Positions 18,538-28,809 of a stretch of 64,000 nt of DNA are shown piece after piece. The position numbers were made by a program, and so were the translations under genes. Position 1 is the first letter of the stretch; every line of letters starts with the position of its first letter. The DNA comes from an uncultured delta proteobacterium (GTDB taxonomy: Bacteria; Desulfobacterota; Binatia; Binatales; Binataceae), in contig CAWEEQ010000004.1 of NCBI GenBank assembly GCA_963808235.1, positions 576,001 to 640,000 on the forward strand, read 5' to 3'. The notes below the pieces were generated by a model. The model had not been told where the DNA came from. It did not search any database and saw only the letters and a list, made by a program, of their open reading frames with translations.

Positions 18538-19314
18538 CTACTCGAGCCAGCCCAACTGCTTGTACATGCTGATCTGGCCGTACTGATGCGCGTTGCCGTA
18601 GCCGGCCTGCGCGCTCACCCCGATTTGCCAGGGCCGGTAGTAGAAACCCAGGTCGGGACCACCCTGGCCCTGCGCGTTGCTCAGGAAGCCACCGTTGTAC
18701 ATCGCGCCGCCGACTCCGCCGAGCACCATGTACTTCTCTGTCGAAAGCAGAATTGCCTGGAGATCGATCTCGGTGCTGGTCACGCCATTTTCGAAATCAT
18801 GAATCGAGCTGAATGATCCATTGAGAGGATGCCGGCTGTGCAAAAATAGCCAGCTCGAGAAATCGCCCTCTACTATGTCGGCGTTGCTGTCGGCAACGTC
18901 TTTGCCGCCCGATACGTATAGATGCGTTCCCTGCGCCAGGGTGAAATCCATGCCGCCCTGGAAACGTCCGAAGTTCAACCGCGGGAAGCTGCCCGAGCCG
19001 GGCGCCAGCGGACTCTCAAAGCCCTGGCCAATCCACAGTTGATAACCGGTCGCGCGGCCGAAGGCGCCGATGTATGGCGTGATGCTCTGCTCGACCTGTG
19101 TGCCTTCCTGCAAGACGGCATACTTATCGCTGACGAATCCTCCCCCGAAAACGGTTGCCTGAAGTAGTCCGGGAGTTTGCAGCGAGAAAAATCCGGGGTA
19201 AGTGTCTTCAAACCATTGCGCACGCGCATCCGGCGCTTGCGCGAGCGGAACTGTGATGAGGCCGCATACTAGAGCTAACGTGATGCTCAGCCGCTGAATT
19301 CGATTCTTCATCAT
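18538..19314 (-). CDS. Exported Gly/aromatic-rich protein, probable small outer-membrane beta-barrel
   Basis: Signal peptide from MMKNR; alternating aromatic strands; lies between the FecR and CHASE2 genes. Confidence 0.7.
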   Translation of the reverse strand: MMKNRIQRLSITLALVCGLITVPLAQAPDARAQWFEDTYPGFFSLQTPGLLQATVFGGGFVSDKYAVLQEGTQVEQSITPYIGAFGRATGYQLWIGQGFESPLAPGSGSFPRLNFGRFQGGMDFTLAQGTHLYVSGGKDVADSNADIVEGDFSSWLFLHSRHPLNGSFSSIHDFENGVTSTEIDLQAILLSTEKYMVLGGVGGAMYNGGFLSNAQGQGGPDLGFYYRPWQIGVSAQAGYGNAHQYGQISMYKQLGWLE

Positions 19315-19337
19315 CACGTCTGACCTCCTCTTCCCCG

Positions 19338-20123
19338 CTATCTGCCCCCAGTGCTGACCGGCGTCATGTCTACGCAAACCGGGCACGCCGGCACCGGTGC
19401 ACCGCCCGAAGCCGGGTTCGCGCCGACGAACGCCGCCCCTCCGCCGGCTACCGCACTGGCGAGCGAAACCGCTCCGGTCATCGACAACGGACCCGATGAG
19501 GTCGGAGGCTTGTCGCAGGGCACCGTCGCTTCGTAGCCCGCATGCACGTCTTCTCCCGCGTTGGGACTGGTTAGTTGTGCGAGGTTAACCGTACCCTGGT
19601 AAACGGAGACGTCGGTATATCGTTCGCATCCCTGGTAACCGGGGCGGATTACGTTTTCGGTATAAGCGGTGTCGAATCTCGTTCCTCGCACCGCGGCGAC
19701 TGCGTTGGGCGTATGCACCTGGTAGTTTGCCGCTGCTCCGCCGGTCGCGGTATTTACCAGCGACCTCATCACGCCCGAGAACAGGCTGACGCGAGTCGAA
19801 GGCGCTCCGCCGGTCACCGTAAATTCGTCTAGCGTGATCGTGCTGTTCGGTCCAATCTCGAGCCGGCTCTGATCGTTGAGCAAGATGACGGCGTGTCCGC
19901 CCGCTCCGCTCAGAATCCGATCGCCCACGTTCACGCCGACTCCGGAGGACGCTCCAATAGTAGCGCCGGCGCGTTGAATCTGGACCGGTCCGTTGACGCT
20001 CGAGAAAGATCCGGCCGCGTTTTGCGCGAATGCGGGCCCGGAGATTAACAGCGCCAGAGCGCCCGCGAGCAACAGAAGAGCACCCAATGAAGCATCGTTA
20101 AGTTTACGTCGATCTCGACCCAT
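19338..20123 (-). CDS. FecR-domain exported protein
   Basis: Signal peptide; GDRILSG, VHTPNAVAAVRGTRF, VSVYQGTV. Confidence 0.87.
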   Translation of the reverse strand: MGRDRRKLNDASLGALLLLAGALALLISGPAFAQNAAGSFSSVNGPVQIQRAGATIGASSGVGVNVGDRILSGAGGHAVILLNDQSRLEIGPNSTITLDEFTVTGGAPSTRVSLFSGVMRSLVNTATGGAAANYQVHTPNAVAAVRGTRFDTAYTENVIRPGYQGCERYTDVSVYQGTVNLAQLTSPNAGEDVHAGYEATVPCDKPPTSSGPLSMTGAVSLASAVAGGGAAFVGANPASGGAPVPACPVCVDMTPVSTGGR

Positions 20124-20294
20124 CGATGCAGCGCTCCTTGGCTGCTAGCGAACTCTTGTATGTGGACAGGTCGGGCTTTGTCAAACAGGGCCGAAAATGT
20201 CCTTGTGGATACTCGGGAATGTGAAAAAGGCGCGAGCATCGCTCGCGCCCCTTTTTCGATCTATCCCGGATTGTGGCAGGCAGACGGACTTGTA

Positions 20295-20693
20295 CTAACG
20301 CTTGGAGTATTGCGGCCGTTTGCGCGCCTTGTGGCGACCGTATTTCTTGCGCTCGACTTCGCGCGGATCGCGGGTCAGCATCCCGCCCTTGCGCAGCACC
20401 GGACGCAGCGTCTCGGTCGCCGTGATCAGCGCGCGCGAGATTCCATGTCGCACCGCGTCGGCCTGTGCCGCGATTCCGCCACCCTCGACGCTAACCAGCA
20501 CGTCGTACTGGCCCGTGGTTTCAGTCGCCTCGAAGGGTTCGAGGATGCGCATCCGCGACGTGGGGCGCGGAAAGTAATCCTCGAGCGTGCGCTGGTTAAC
20601 GGTGATCGTGCCTGCGCCGGGAATCAGCCTGACCCGCGCGACCGCGGTCTTGCGGCGGCCGGTGGTCCAGATGACGTTCTTCTTTTCTGCCAT
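20295..20693 (-). CDS. rpsI: 30S ribosomal protein S9
   Basis: [11 protein letters not shown]; [23 protein letters not shown]; ATG at 20693. Confidence 0.98.
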   Translation of the reverse strand: MAEKKNVIWTTGRRKTAVARVRLIPGAGTITVNQRTLEDYFPRPTSRMRILEPFEATETTGQYDVLVSVEGGGIAAQADAVRHGISRALITATETLRPVLRKGGMLTRDPREVERKKYGRHKARKRPQYSKR

Positions 20694-20709
20694 GTGCGAT
20701 TGAGCCTTG

Positions 20710-21156
20710 TTAGACGTTGACCGACTGCGGCTTCTGCGCCGCGTGCGGATGCTCGGGGCCGCGATAGACCTTGAGCTTGTTGAACAGCTGATGCCCGAGC
20801 CGATTCTTCGGCAGCATCCCCTTGACCGCAATCTCGAGCAGCCGCTCCGGCTTCGACTCGAGCATCTTGCCCGCGGCCGTGGTGCGGATTCCGCCCGGCC
20901 ATCCGGTGTGGCGATGATACAGTTTGCTCTCCGGCTTCGAGCCGGTCAGCCGCACCTTGGCCGCGTTGATGATCACGACAAAGTCGCCGGTGTCTTGGTT
21001 AGGAGTGAAGTCGGGACGGGTCTTGCCGCGCAGCAGGCTCGCCGCGCGCGAGGCTACGCGGCCGAGCGCACGCTCAGTCGCATCGATCACGACCCAGTTA
21101 CGATCGCGCAGTCCGCTCTCGCGAGAGATGCTGCGGGTTTGTTCGGTCAGCTTCAA
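20710..21156 (-). CDS. rplM: 50S ribosomal protein L13
   Basis: [34 protein letters not shown]. Confidence 0.98.
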   Translation of the reverse strand: MKLTEQTRSISRESGLRDRNWVVIDATERALGRVASRAASLLRGKTRPDFTPNQDTGDFVVIINAAKVRLTGSKPESKLYHRHTGWPGGIRTTAAGKMLESKPERLLEIAVKGMLPKNRLGHQLFNKLKVYRGPEHPHAAQKPQSVNV

Positions 21157-21182
21157 TGTTATGCACCTAAAAAGTCAAAATT

Positions 21183-21260
21183 TGGCGGGGCCGATGGGAT
21201 TTGAACCCACGACTTCCGACGTGACAGGCCGGCGTTCTAACCGGGCTGAACTACGACCCC
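21183..21260 (-). tRNA. tRNA-Asp (GTC)
   Basis: Cloverleaf GGGGTCG...CT-GTC-AC...TTCAAAT...CGGCCCC-G-CCA. Confidence 0.95.
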
Positions 21261-21325
21261 GCCGCAACCATCCTTTGTTACATTTTCGGGCTCGCGTTAC
21301 AACCAACAATGACTGAAGCGGGCTA

Positions 21326-21349
21326 GTGGCACGGGCGTCCCTGCCCGTG
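21326..21349. repeat. Isolated REP-like palindrome
   Basis: GTGG-CACGGGC-GTCCCT-GCCCGTG: tetranucleotide plus hairpin. Confidence 0.45.
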
Positions 21350-21579
21350 ATTAGCGTGCGGCGGCGTGATGCGTCTTCATGCGACGGCTGACCACCAACT
21401 CCAAGAATTCTCCAACATCGAGAACATCGAATGACCATATGAAGTGATTGGTACATCGACTCAATCTTGCCTCGAACGACCTCGTGCAATAATTTTAACT
21501 CCGTATCCGGACCTGACCTGAAACCTTCGGCGCACGGTTCCGCGGCAACGAACTTAGACTTAATCTTTCGGCATACCTT

Positions 21580-24500
21580 ATGTGGATTGTCCGCCTCGCG
21601 CTTCGCCGACCGCTTTCGGTGGCCGTGATGGCGCTCCTGATGCTCGTGCTCGGCGTGCTGAGCTACGGCCTCATGAACGTCGACATCTTCCCGTCGATCA
21701 ATTTGCCGGTGGTGCTGGTGGTGTGGAATTACCCGGGCCTGTCGGCATTCGACGTCGAGCGGCGGATGGTCTTCATCAGCGAGCGCGCGTATTCGACCAC
21801 GGTCAACGGCATCGAGCATATCGAGTCGGAATCGATCAACGGGATCGGACTGCTCAAGGTCTATTTCCAACCCGGCAGCGACATCGGCGGTGCGATCGCG
21901 CAAATCAACGCGGTGTCGGAAACAATCCTGAGCAATCTGCCGCGCGGGATCGAGCCGCCGCAGATCATTTCGTACAATGCGAGCAACGTTCCGGTCGCGC
22001 AGCTCAACGTTTACAGCGACGTTCTTTCGACCGCCAAACTCTTCGACTACGGACTGAACTTCATCCGTATCCAGCTCTTCACGATTCCCGGCTTCTCGTC
22101 GCCCGCGCCGCTGGGCGGCGTCAGTCGCGCGGTGATGGCCAACCTTGATCCGACCGCGCTCTACGCGAGCGGGCTTTCCGCCTTCAACGTCGGCAATGCG
22201 CTTGCCGCGACCAACGTCGTCATCCCGTCGGGCACGGCCAAGATGGGAAATTACGAATACAACGTCGACTTGAACATGTCGGTGCCGAAAGTTTCGGAGT
22301 TCAACAAGCTGCCGATCAAATTTCTGAATGGTGCGCCGATTTTTTTGGGCGACGTTGCGCACGTAACTGACAGCCATCAGCCGGAGACCAATGTCGTGCG
22401 CTTCAACGGGGTGCCGTCGACCTACCTGATGGTCGTCAAGCACGCCGACGCGTCGACGCTGGCGGTGGTCGATGCGGTCAAGAAGAAGCTGCCCGACATC
22501 CGCGCCACCGCGCCAAAGGGATTGAACGTGATGCTGACGTTCGATCAGTCGCAGTTTGTGCGCGCCGCGCTGCGCGACGTGGTGCAGGAAGCGGTCACCG
22601 CTGCGGCGCTGGTCGCGATCATGGTGCTGCTGTTCCTGGGTTCGCCGCGCAGCATGCTGATCGTGATCACCTCGATCCCGCTGTCGATTCTGACCGCGAT
22701 CATCGGTCTCAAGCTTGCCGGGCAGACGATCAACACGATGACGCTGGGCGGAATCGCGCTCGCGGTCGGGATGCTGGTGGACGACGCGACGGTCGAAGTC
22801 GAAAACATCCATCGCAACCAGGCGCTGGACAAGCCGCTGCTGGTGGCGATTTTAGACGGCGCGTCGCAGATCGCGACGCCGACCTTCGTCGGCACGCTCG
22901 CAATATGCATCGTGTTTTTCCCGGTCGTCTTGCTGACCGGAGTTGCGAAATTTCTGTTCACCCCGCTCGCGCTGGCGGTGGTTTTCGCGATGCTGACGTC
23001 GTACCTGCTCTCGCGCACCCTGGTTCCGACGATGGCGCGTTTGCTGCTGCCGGAAGACCATGAGGAAACCCTGGGAAATGGCCGCTGGGGCCGCATCGTG
23101 CGCGCTTTCGACGCGCGTTTCGAGCGGGTCAAGGAATCGTACCGCTTCGCACTCGCGAACTTTATCGCGCGGCGAACTTTCTCATTGGGCTGCGTCGCGG
23201 TCCTGATCCTGTCGTCGCTCGCGATGCTGTTCATCGTCGGCGAGGATTTCTTTCCCCGCGTCGACGCCGGCATGATGAGCCTGCACGTGCGGATGCCGAC
23301 CGGCACCCGGGTTGAGCACACAGAGTACGTGCTCGACAATATGGAGCGCGCGATCCGCACCGTGATTCCCGCCGACGAGCTGCAAGGGATCAGCGACAAC
23401 ATCGGACTGCCTATCTCTTACGATCTGGCGTTTTATCAAACCGACTCGATCGGCCCGCAGGACGCCGATGTGCTGATCCAGTTGCAGCCCAGGCATCAGC
23501 CGACCGCCATCTACCAGCAGAAGATTCGCGAGCTGCTCGCGCTCCGCTACCCAAACGTCACTACCTATTTTCAAGCCGCCGATATCATCAGCCAGGTGCT
23601 CAATTTCGGTCTGCCCGCGGCGATCGACGCGCAGATCAACGGCAACGATTTGCAAGCGGACTACGACATCGCGCTGCGCCTGAAGGACCGGATGAAGCTG
23701 ATTCCCGGAGTCAGCGATCTCAGGATCGCCGAGCCGCAGGACTATCCGACCTTCAAGGTCGACGTCGATCGCGACAAGGCGCTCGAACTCGGCATCACGC
23801 AGCAGCAGGTCGCATCGAGCATGCTGTCCACGCTGTCGGGCGCCTCGCTGTTGCAGCCCAACTTCTGGCTCGATCCGAAAAACGGCGTCAACTACAACGT
23901 CGTGGCGCAGGCGCCGCAGCATCTGATCGACTCGGTCGGGACGCTCTCGAACATACCGCTCAGCACGCCCATTTCGTCGACCGGCGCGCAAAGCCAGGCA
24001 CAGTTGCTTGGCAACCTCGGGACTATCACCCATGCGTGGGATCCGGCGGTGGTCGCGCATTATACGGTGCAGCGCGTAATCGACGTCGACGCGGCGGTGT
24101 CGGGACGCGATCTCGGCAGCGTCACCTCCGCGGTGCAGCGCGAGATCAACAATCTTGGTCCGCTGCCGGCCGGCAGTCGCGTCGTAATCCGCGGACAGAG
24201 CCAGGCGATGCATGATTCGTTCGTCACGCTCGGCGAAGGATTGATCCTCGCAATCATCCTGGTCTACCTGCTGATGGTCGCGAACTTTCAGTCGTGGCTC
24301 GAGCCCTTCATCATCATGATGGCGGTGCCGGGCGCGCTGGCCGGAGTGCTGTGGATGCTTGCGACTACCGGCACCACTATCAACGTCGAGTCGCTGATGG
24401 GCGCGATCATGGCGGTCGGGGTCGGGGTCGCCAACGGCAACCTGCTAATCACCTTTGCCAACGAATTGCGCGAGGACGGCTACGGGCCGCTCGCCGCCGC

Positions 24501-24765
24501 GATCGAGGCCGGGCGTATCCGCTTCCGCCCGATCATCATGACCGCGATGGCGATGATTCTCGGGATGCTTCCGATGGCGCTCAGCCTCGGCTCCGGTTCC
24601 GAGCAAAATGCGCCGCTCGGGCGCGCTGTGATCGGGGGACTGCTCGCGGCGACGATGATGACGCTGTTCGTGGTGCCTGCAGTTTATTCGATCTTCGGGC
24701 GCAACCTGATCGGAAAGCATCAGCGCGACGCCGAGATCGAAGCAATCACGGCGCCCGGCGCGTAG
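21580..24765 (+). CDS. RND efflux permease (AcrB/AcrD/AcrF family)
   Basis: 1061 aa; GMLVDDATVEVENI, RFRPIIMT, PLGRAVIGGL. Confidence 0.95.
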   Translation: MWIVRLALRRPLSVAVMALLMLVLGVLSYGLMNVDIFPSINLPVVLVVWNYPGLSAFDVERRMVFISERAYSTTVNGIEHIESESINGIGLLKVYFQPGSDIGGAIAQINAVSETILSNLPRGIEPPQIISYNASNVPVAQLNVYSDVLSTAKLFDYGLNFIRIQLFTIPGFSSPAPLGGVSRAVMANLDPTALYASGLSAFNVGNALAATNVVIPSGTAKMGNYEYNVDLNMSVPKVSEFNKLPIKFLNGAPIFLGDVAHVTDSHQPETNVVRFNGVPSTYLMVVKHADASTLAVVDAVKKKLPDIRATAPKGLNVMLTFDQSQFVRAALRDVVQEAVTAAALVAIMVLLFLGSPRSMLIVITSIPLSILTAIIGLKLAGQTINTMTLGGIALAVGMLVDDATVEVENIHRNQALDKPLLVAILDGASQIATPTFVGTLAICIVFFPVVLLTGVAKFLFTPLALAVVFAMLTSYLLSRTLVPTMARLLLPEDHEETLGNGRWGRIVRAFDARFERVKESYRFALANFIARRTFSLGCVAVLILSSLAMLFIVGEDFFPRVDAGMMSLHVRMPTGTRVEHTEYVLDNMERAIRTVIPADELQGISDNIGLPISYDLAFYQTDSIGPQDADVLIQLQPRHQPTAIYQQKIRELLALRYPNVTTYFQAADIISQVLNFGLPAAIDAQINGNDLQADYDIALRLKDRMKLIPGVSDLRIAEPQDYPTFKVDVDRDKALELGITQQQVASSMLSTLSGASLLQPNFWLDPKNGVNYNVVAQAPQHLIDSVGTLSNIPLSTPISSTGAQSQAQLLGNLGTITHAWDPAVVAHYTVQRVIDVDAAVSGRDLGSVTSAVQREINNLGPLPAGSRVVIRGQSQAMHDSFVTLGEGLILAIILVYLLMVANFQSWLEPFIIMMAVPGALAGVLWMLATTGTTINVESLMGAIMAVGVGVANGNLLITFANELREDGYGPLAAAIEAGRIRFRPIIMTAMAMILGMLPMALSLGSGSEQNAPLGRAVIGGLLAATMMTLFVVPAVYSIFGRNLIGKHQRDAEIEAITAPGA

Positions 24766-24769
24766 TATA

Positions 24770-25912
24770 GTGTCGGAGATGGAAGACGATCCGCGCAACT
24801 TCAAGGTTCCCGCTCCCGGCGGACTTTTCGTCGCGGGATGGATCATTGCAATCGTGATTGCGCTGGTCGCGACCGCGGGTCTGGTGCTCGCACTCGAGCA
24901 TCGGATCGGCCGGCAGACGTCCGAGCTCGAGCAAGAGAGCAAGGCGGGTCCGCATGTGCTGGTTGCCGACGTAAGCCGGTCGCCGGCGACACGCGAGCTG
25001 AAACTGCCGGCTACGATTCGCGGCTTCGACGAGACCGATGTCTATGCAAAGGTCCCCGGCTACCTGAAGACAATCAAGGTCGACAAGGGCGACCACATCA
25101 GCACGGGCCAACTGCTCGCGGTCCTCACCTCGCCGGAACTCGATCAGCAGACCGCCAACGCGCGCGCCAACTACAACCTCGCGCTCATCACTGACAAGCG
25201 CAACCAGGCCCTCCTGCGCGCCCACGTCATTCCGGCGCAGACCGCCGACGAAACCCACGGGGCGATGCTGCAGGCGCTCGCCACCCTCAAACAGGACATC
25301 GCCTACCAGGCCTACGAGACGATCACCGCGCCCTTCGACGGTATCGTGACGGCGCGCTACATCGATCCCGGCCATCTGGTGCCCGCGAACACTACCCCCG
25401 GCACGCCCGGCAACGGAGCAATCATCACAATCGCCAGGTTCAGTCCGCTCCGCGTGTTTGCTTACATGCCGCAGAACGTCGCCCCGTTCATCAAGGACGG
25501 AGATCCCGCTTCGATCACCGCCGCCGGCTATGCCGGCCAGAAATTCACTGGGAGCATCACGCGTCATCCCGAGGCGCTGTCGCCCGACACGCGCACGATG
25601 CTGGTCGAGGTCGATCTCGCCAATGAGAACCACGCGCTGTATCCCGGGATGTATGCGACCGCGGAGTTCACCGTGAAAATGGGCACCGGCGCGCCGATGG
25701 TTCCGGACGACGCGCTGGTATTCCGCGACGGCAAGGTTTTCGTGCCGGTCGTTCGTAGCAATCAGCTGCATCTGGCCGAGGTGACGCTCGGTTACGACAA
25801 CGGACAGATGGTCGAAATCAACAGCGGCATCAGTCCGGACGACAAAGTCGCGATCAACGTCGGCCAGGCGGCGCACAACGGCGAAACCGTCCAGCCGGTG
25901 CAGAGTCAGTGA
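24770..25912 (+). CDS. RND periplasmic adaptor (membrane fusion protein)
   Basis: N-terminal TM; VDKGD, ITAPFDGIV, LYPGMY. Confidence 0.93.
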   Translation: MSEMEDDPRNFKVPAPGGLFVAGWIIAIVIALVATAGLVLALEHRIGRQTSELEQESKAGPHVLVADVSRSPATRELKLPATIRGFDETDVYAKVPGYLKTIKVDKGDHISTGQLLAVLTSPELDQQTANARANYNLALITDKRNQALLRAHVIPAQTADETHGAMLQALATLKQDIAYQAYETITAPFDGIVTARYIDPGHLVPANTTPGTPGNGAIITIARFSPLRVFAYMPQNVAPFIKDGDPASITAAGYAGQKFTGSITRHPEALSPDTRTMLVEVDLANENHALYPGMYATAEFTVKMGTGAPMVPDDALVFRDGKVFVPVVRSNQLHLAEVTLGYDNGQMVEINSGISPDDKVAINVGQAAHNGETVQPVQSQ

Positions 25913-26742
25913 CTCGACCGCTCACGCTTCGCGTGCATCTCCCGGCCGCGCTCGCGCTTAAGCTCGGCGCTCGGCGCAAGCAAACCGGCCAAAGCCTGTC
26001 CGCGATCATGGTGCAGGCGCTCGAGCGACTCCTCGGCGACGAAGACAAGACTGTCTTTCAGACTTCGACTGTCGATGCGCTCATGGAAGGCGCGTCCGAG
26101 GGCGACATGACAATGGGTGAACTCAAGACCCACGGCGACTTCGGCCTCGGCACTTTCGACGGCCTCGACGGCGAGATGATCGAGCTCGACGGCAAAGTCT
26201 TCCAGGTCCGCGCCGACGGCCACGCGCATCCGGTGGAGGACTCCACGCGCACGCCGTTCGCGACGGTGTGTTTTTTCAAGGCCGACGAAAGCGCGCGTCT
26301 CGCGCGACGGTGCGATCAAGCAGAGATACTCGCCGCGGTCGCAAAGATGCTCCCGTCGCAGAACATGTTCCACGCGCTTCGAATCGAGGGGCGCTTCGAG
26401 TACGTCAAGACTCGCGCGGTCGCCAAACAGGACAAGTCAGTCGGCCTCGAAGCGGCGGCGCGCGAGGAACCGATCTTCGAGTTTCACGACGTCGAAGGAA
26501 CCATCGTCGGGTTTTTCACGCCCGACTATCTGCGCGGCGTCAACGTGCCCGGCTACCATTTACATTTCATCACGGCGGATCGTGCGGCGGGCGGCCACAT
26601 GCTCGACTGCCGCACCGCCGACGTGACGATCAAAATTCATCACACTCCAGAGTTCGAACTAGGCACGCCCGGCACTGAGGAATTCCTCAAAGCCGATCTA
26701 TCGCACGACCACACGTCGGCGATCGCGAAAATCGAAAGCTAA
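25909..26742 (+). CDS. budA: Alpha-acetolactate decarboxylase with N-terminal ribbon-helix-helix-like extension
   Basis: FQTST, HGDFGLGTFDGLDGEMI, TPFA, GYHLHF, GGH; GTGA overlap with the adaptor stop. Confidence 0.85.
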   Translation: MTRPLTLRVHLPAALALKLGARRKQTGQSLSAIMVQALERLLGDEDKTVFQTSTVDALMEGASEGDMTMGELKTHGDFGLGTFDGLDGEMIELDGKVFQVRADGHAHPVEDSTRTPFATVCFFKADESARLARRCDQAEILAAVAKMLPSQNMFHALRIEGRFEYVKTRAVAKQDKSVGLEAAAREEPIFEFHDVEGTIVGFFTPDYLRGVNVPGYHLHFITADRAAGGHMLDCRTADVTIKIHHTPEFELGTPGTEEFLKADLSHDHTSAIAKIES

Positions 26743-27323
26743 AGCGCGGCGAAGTTGCGATTCTCGCGCGGCCACGGCGGCGCCGCCGCGATTGCGGCCA
26801 GTGCGTCTTCTGGTTGTTCGACTAGCGACCACATCGCGCGATGCCGCTCGTCCATGAAGCGGCGCTCGATACAGCTCTCCAGAAACTTTACGCACGGTGA
26901 ATAGAACCCGAGCGTGTTGACCAGCACAACCGCGCCGCCGAACAAGCCGAGCCGCTTCCACGTGATCGCTTCGAACAGTTCCTCGAGCGTGCCGCATCCA
27001 CCGGGCAGCGCGATCACCGCGTCGACTTCGTCGATCATCAGGCGCTTGCGCTCGTGCAAGTCATTTACGATCAGCAACTCGCTCAAGCCGCGATGACCCC
27101 ATTCGAGGTCGTACATGAAACGCGGCAGGACGCCGATCACGCGGCCGCCTTCCGCAAGCGCCGCGTCCGCGAGATGACCCATCGAGCCGACGCTGCCGCC
27201 GCCGTAAACCAGGGTAACTTTGTTGCGCGCCAATTCACGGCCAAGGCGCGACGCGGCGTCGTGATAGGCGGGATCGCAAAGCCGGCTCGACGCGCAATAA
27301 ACGCATACTCGCTTGATAGCCAT
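26739..27323 (-). CDS. LOG-family nucleotide phosphoribohydrolase (TIGR00730 type)
   Basis: VCVYCAS, LVYGGG, HERKRLM, PGGCGTLEE; ATG at 27323. Confidence 0.92.
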   Translation of the reverse strand: MAIKRVCVYCASSRLCDPAYHDAASRLGRELARNKVTLVYGGGSVGSMGHLADAALAEGGRVIGVLPRFMYDLEWGHRGLSELLIVNDLHERKRLMIDEVDAVIALPGGCGTLEELFEAITWKRLGLFGGAVVLVNTLGFYSPCVKFLESCIERRFMDERHRAMWSLVEQPEDALAAIAAAPPWPRENRNFAAL

Positions 27324-27421
27324 CGCGCGATCGTATCCGACCGATTCGGCGTCATCCAGTGACCGAAGTGCGAGTTTTCCGCTCTTGACTCGGCCGCTGA
27401 TATTTCGATACTTCTGGAAAT

Positions 27422-27803
27422 ATGAGACGCGAAGAAGTGATCGCGGCGCTCGGCGCGCTGGCCCAGGAATCCCGGCTCGATATCTTCCGGATGCTGGTGC
27501 AGAAGGGCCCCGACCCGGTCGCCGCGGGCGAAATCGCGCGCAAGCTCGACCTGCCGCGCGCCCACGCTTTCGTTCCACCTGGGCCAGCTCAAACACGCCG
27601 GCCTCTTGAGCGCGCATCGCAATAGCCGTTCGATCGCCTACGCCGTGAACTACCGCACGATGAACTCGCTGCTCAAATATCTCACCGAGAACTGCTGCCA
27701 GGGACAGGCCGACCTATGCGCTCCGGCCGGATGCGCGCCCGTCAACGGAAGCAAAGGAAACAAAAAGATTTTGCGTACGCAGAAACTGGAGGCCTCACGA
27801 TGA
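27422..27803 (+). CDS. arsR: ArsR-family As(III) repressor, +1 frameshift near 27556
   Basis: LAQESRLDIFRML continues in the +1 frame as APTLSFHL..LKHAGL...YLTENCCQG. Confidence 0.85.
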
Positions 27804-28246
27804 AGCGTTTACACGTTCATGTCGCAGTCGCGGATCTGGATCAAGCGGTCGGATTTTACTCGACGCTCTTCGACGCGCCGCCGAGCGTGCTCAAGACTGA
27901 CTACGCAAAGTGGATGCTCGAAGATCCACGCGTCAATTTTGCAATCTCGATGCGCGGCGCCGCACCGGGACTCGATCATCTGGGGATCCAGGTCGATTCC
28001 GCCGACGACCTTCAGCAGATAGCGAGTCGCCTCAGCGCTGCCGGCCGCTCCGTGCTCGAACAGAAAGACGCGGACTGCTGCTACGCGCGCGGCGACAAGG
28101 GATGGACCGCCGATCCGAGCGGCATCTCGTGGGAGACATTTCACACTTTCGGCGAGATCACCGAGTATGGCGCCGACGGCGCGCCGCGAGCCACCGCGCC
28201 CGCGGCCACCAACGCGTCAGCGTGTTGCGGCGCGGCGAAGGCGTAG
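27800..28246 (+). CDS. arsI: ArsI/CadI-family VOC metalloenzyme (C-As lyase-like)
   Basis: [36 protein letters not shown]; ars operon. Confidence 0.8.
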   Translation: MKRLHVHVAVADLDQAVGFYSTLFDAPPSVLKTDYAKWMLEDPRVNFAISMRGAAPGLDHLGIQVDSADDLQQIASRLSAAGRSVLEQKDADCCYARGDKGWTADPSGISWETFHTFGEITEYGADGAPRATAPAATNASACCGAAKA

Positions 28247-28260
28247 CTGCGAGAATCGCG

Positions 28261-28763
28261 ATGGCCGAGCGAGTTTACAACGTGCTGTTCATCTGCACCG
28301 GCAACCGCGCCCGGAGCATCATCGCCGAAGCCGTTTTGAATCATCGCGGCAAGAACAAATTCCACGCTTTCAGCGCCGGAAGTCATCCGAGGGGCGAGGT
28401 CCATCCGATGGTGCTGAAGCTGCTCGAAAGGATACGGGATGCCTACGGCCGGACTGCGCAGCAAGAGCTGGGGGGAGTTCGCGCGGCCCGATGCGCCTTC
28501 GATGGACTTCATCTTCACGGTCTGCGATCAGGCGGCCGGCGAAGTATGTCCGGTTTGGCCGGGCACGCCGATGACGGCGCATTGGGGAGTCGCCGATCCG
28601 GATGCCGCGACCGCCGCAGAAGTCGAGAGAGCAATCTGGCGGGCGTATCGCGAACTCGAAACACGAATACAGCTCTTCACCAGTCTCAGGCTCGACGAAC
28701 TTGACCGGATGAGTCTCAAGAAACGCCTCGACGAAATCGGCAAAACTCGATCTGAGCAATTGA
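28261..28763 (+). CDS. arsC: LMW-PTP-type arsenate reductase, frameshifted near 28435; 3' end uncertain
   Basis: [12 protein letters not shown], then the +1 frame LRSKSW.EF...[16 protein letters not shown]...HWGVADP. Confidence 0.82.
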
Positions 28764-28809
28764 CACCGCGCCATCACATCAATCCAAAGCCGCGCCGACG
28801 CCGCATCGG

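Noticed and set aside
21327-21345. sigma54 promoter for the RND operon
   Set aside because: TGGCACG has no GC at -12 and is part of a palindrome.
21175-22812. Long antisense ORFs (also 39420-40748, 53181-54536, 6462-7592, 56393-57499)
   Set aside because: Shadow frames of GC-rich genes with no recognisable motifs.
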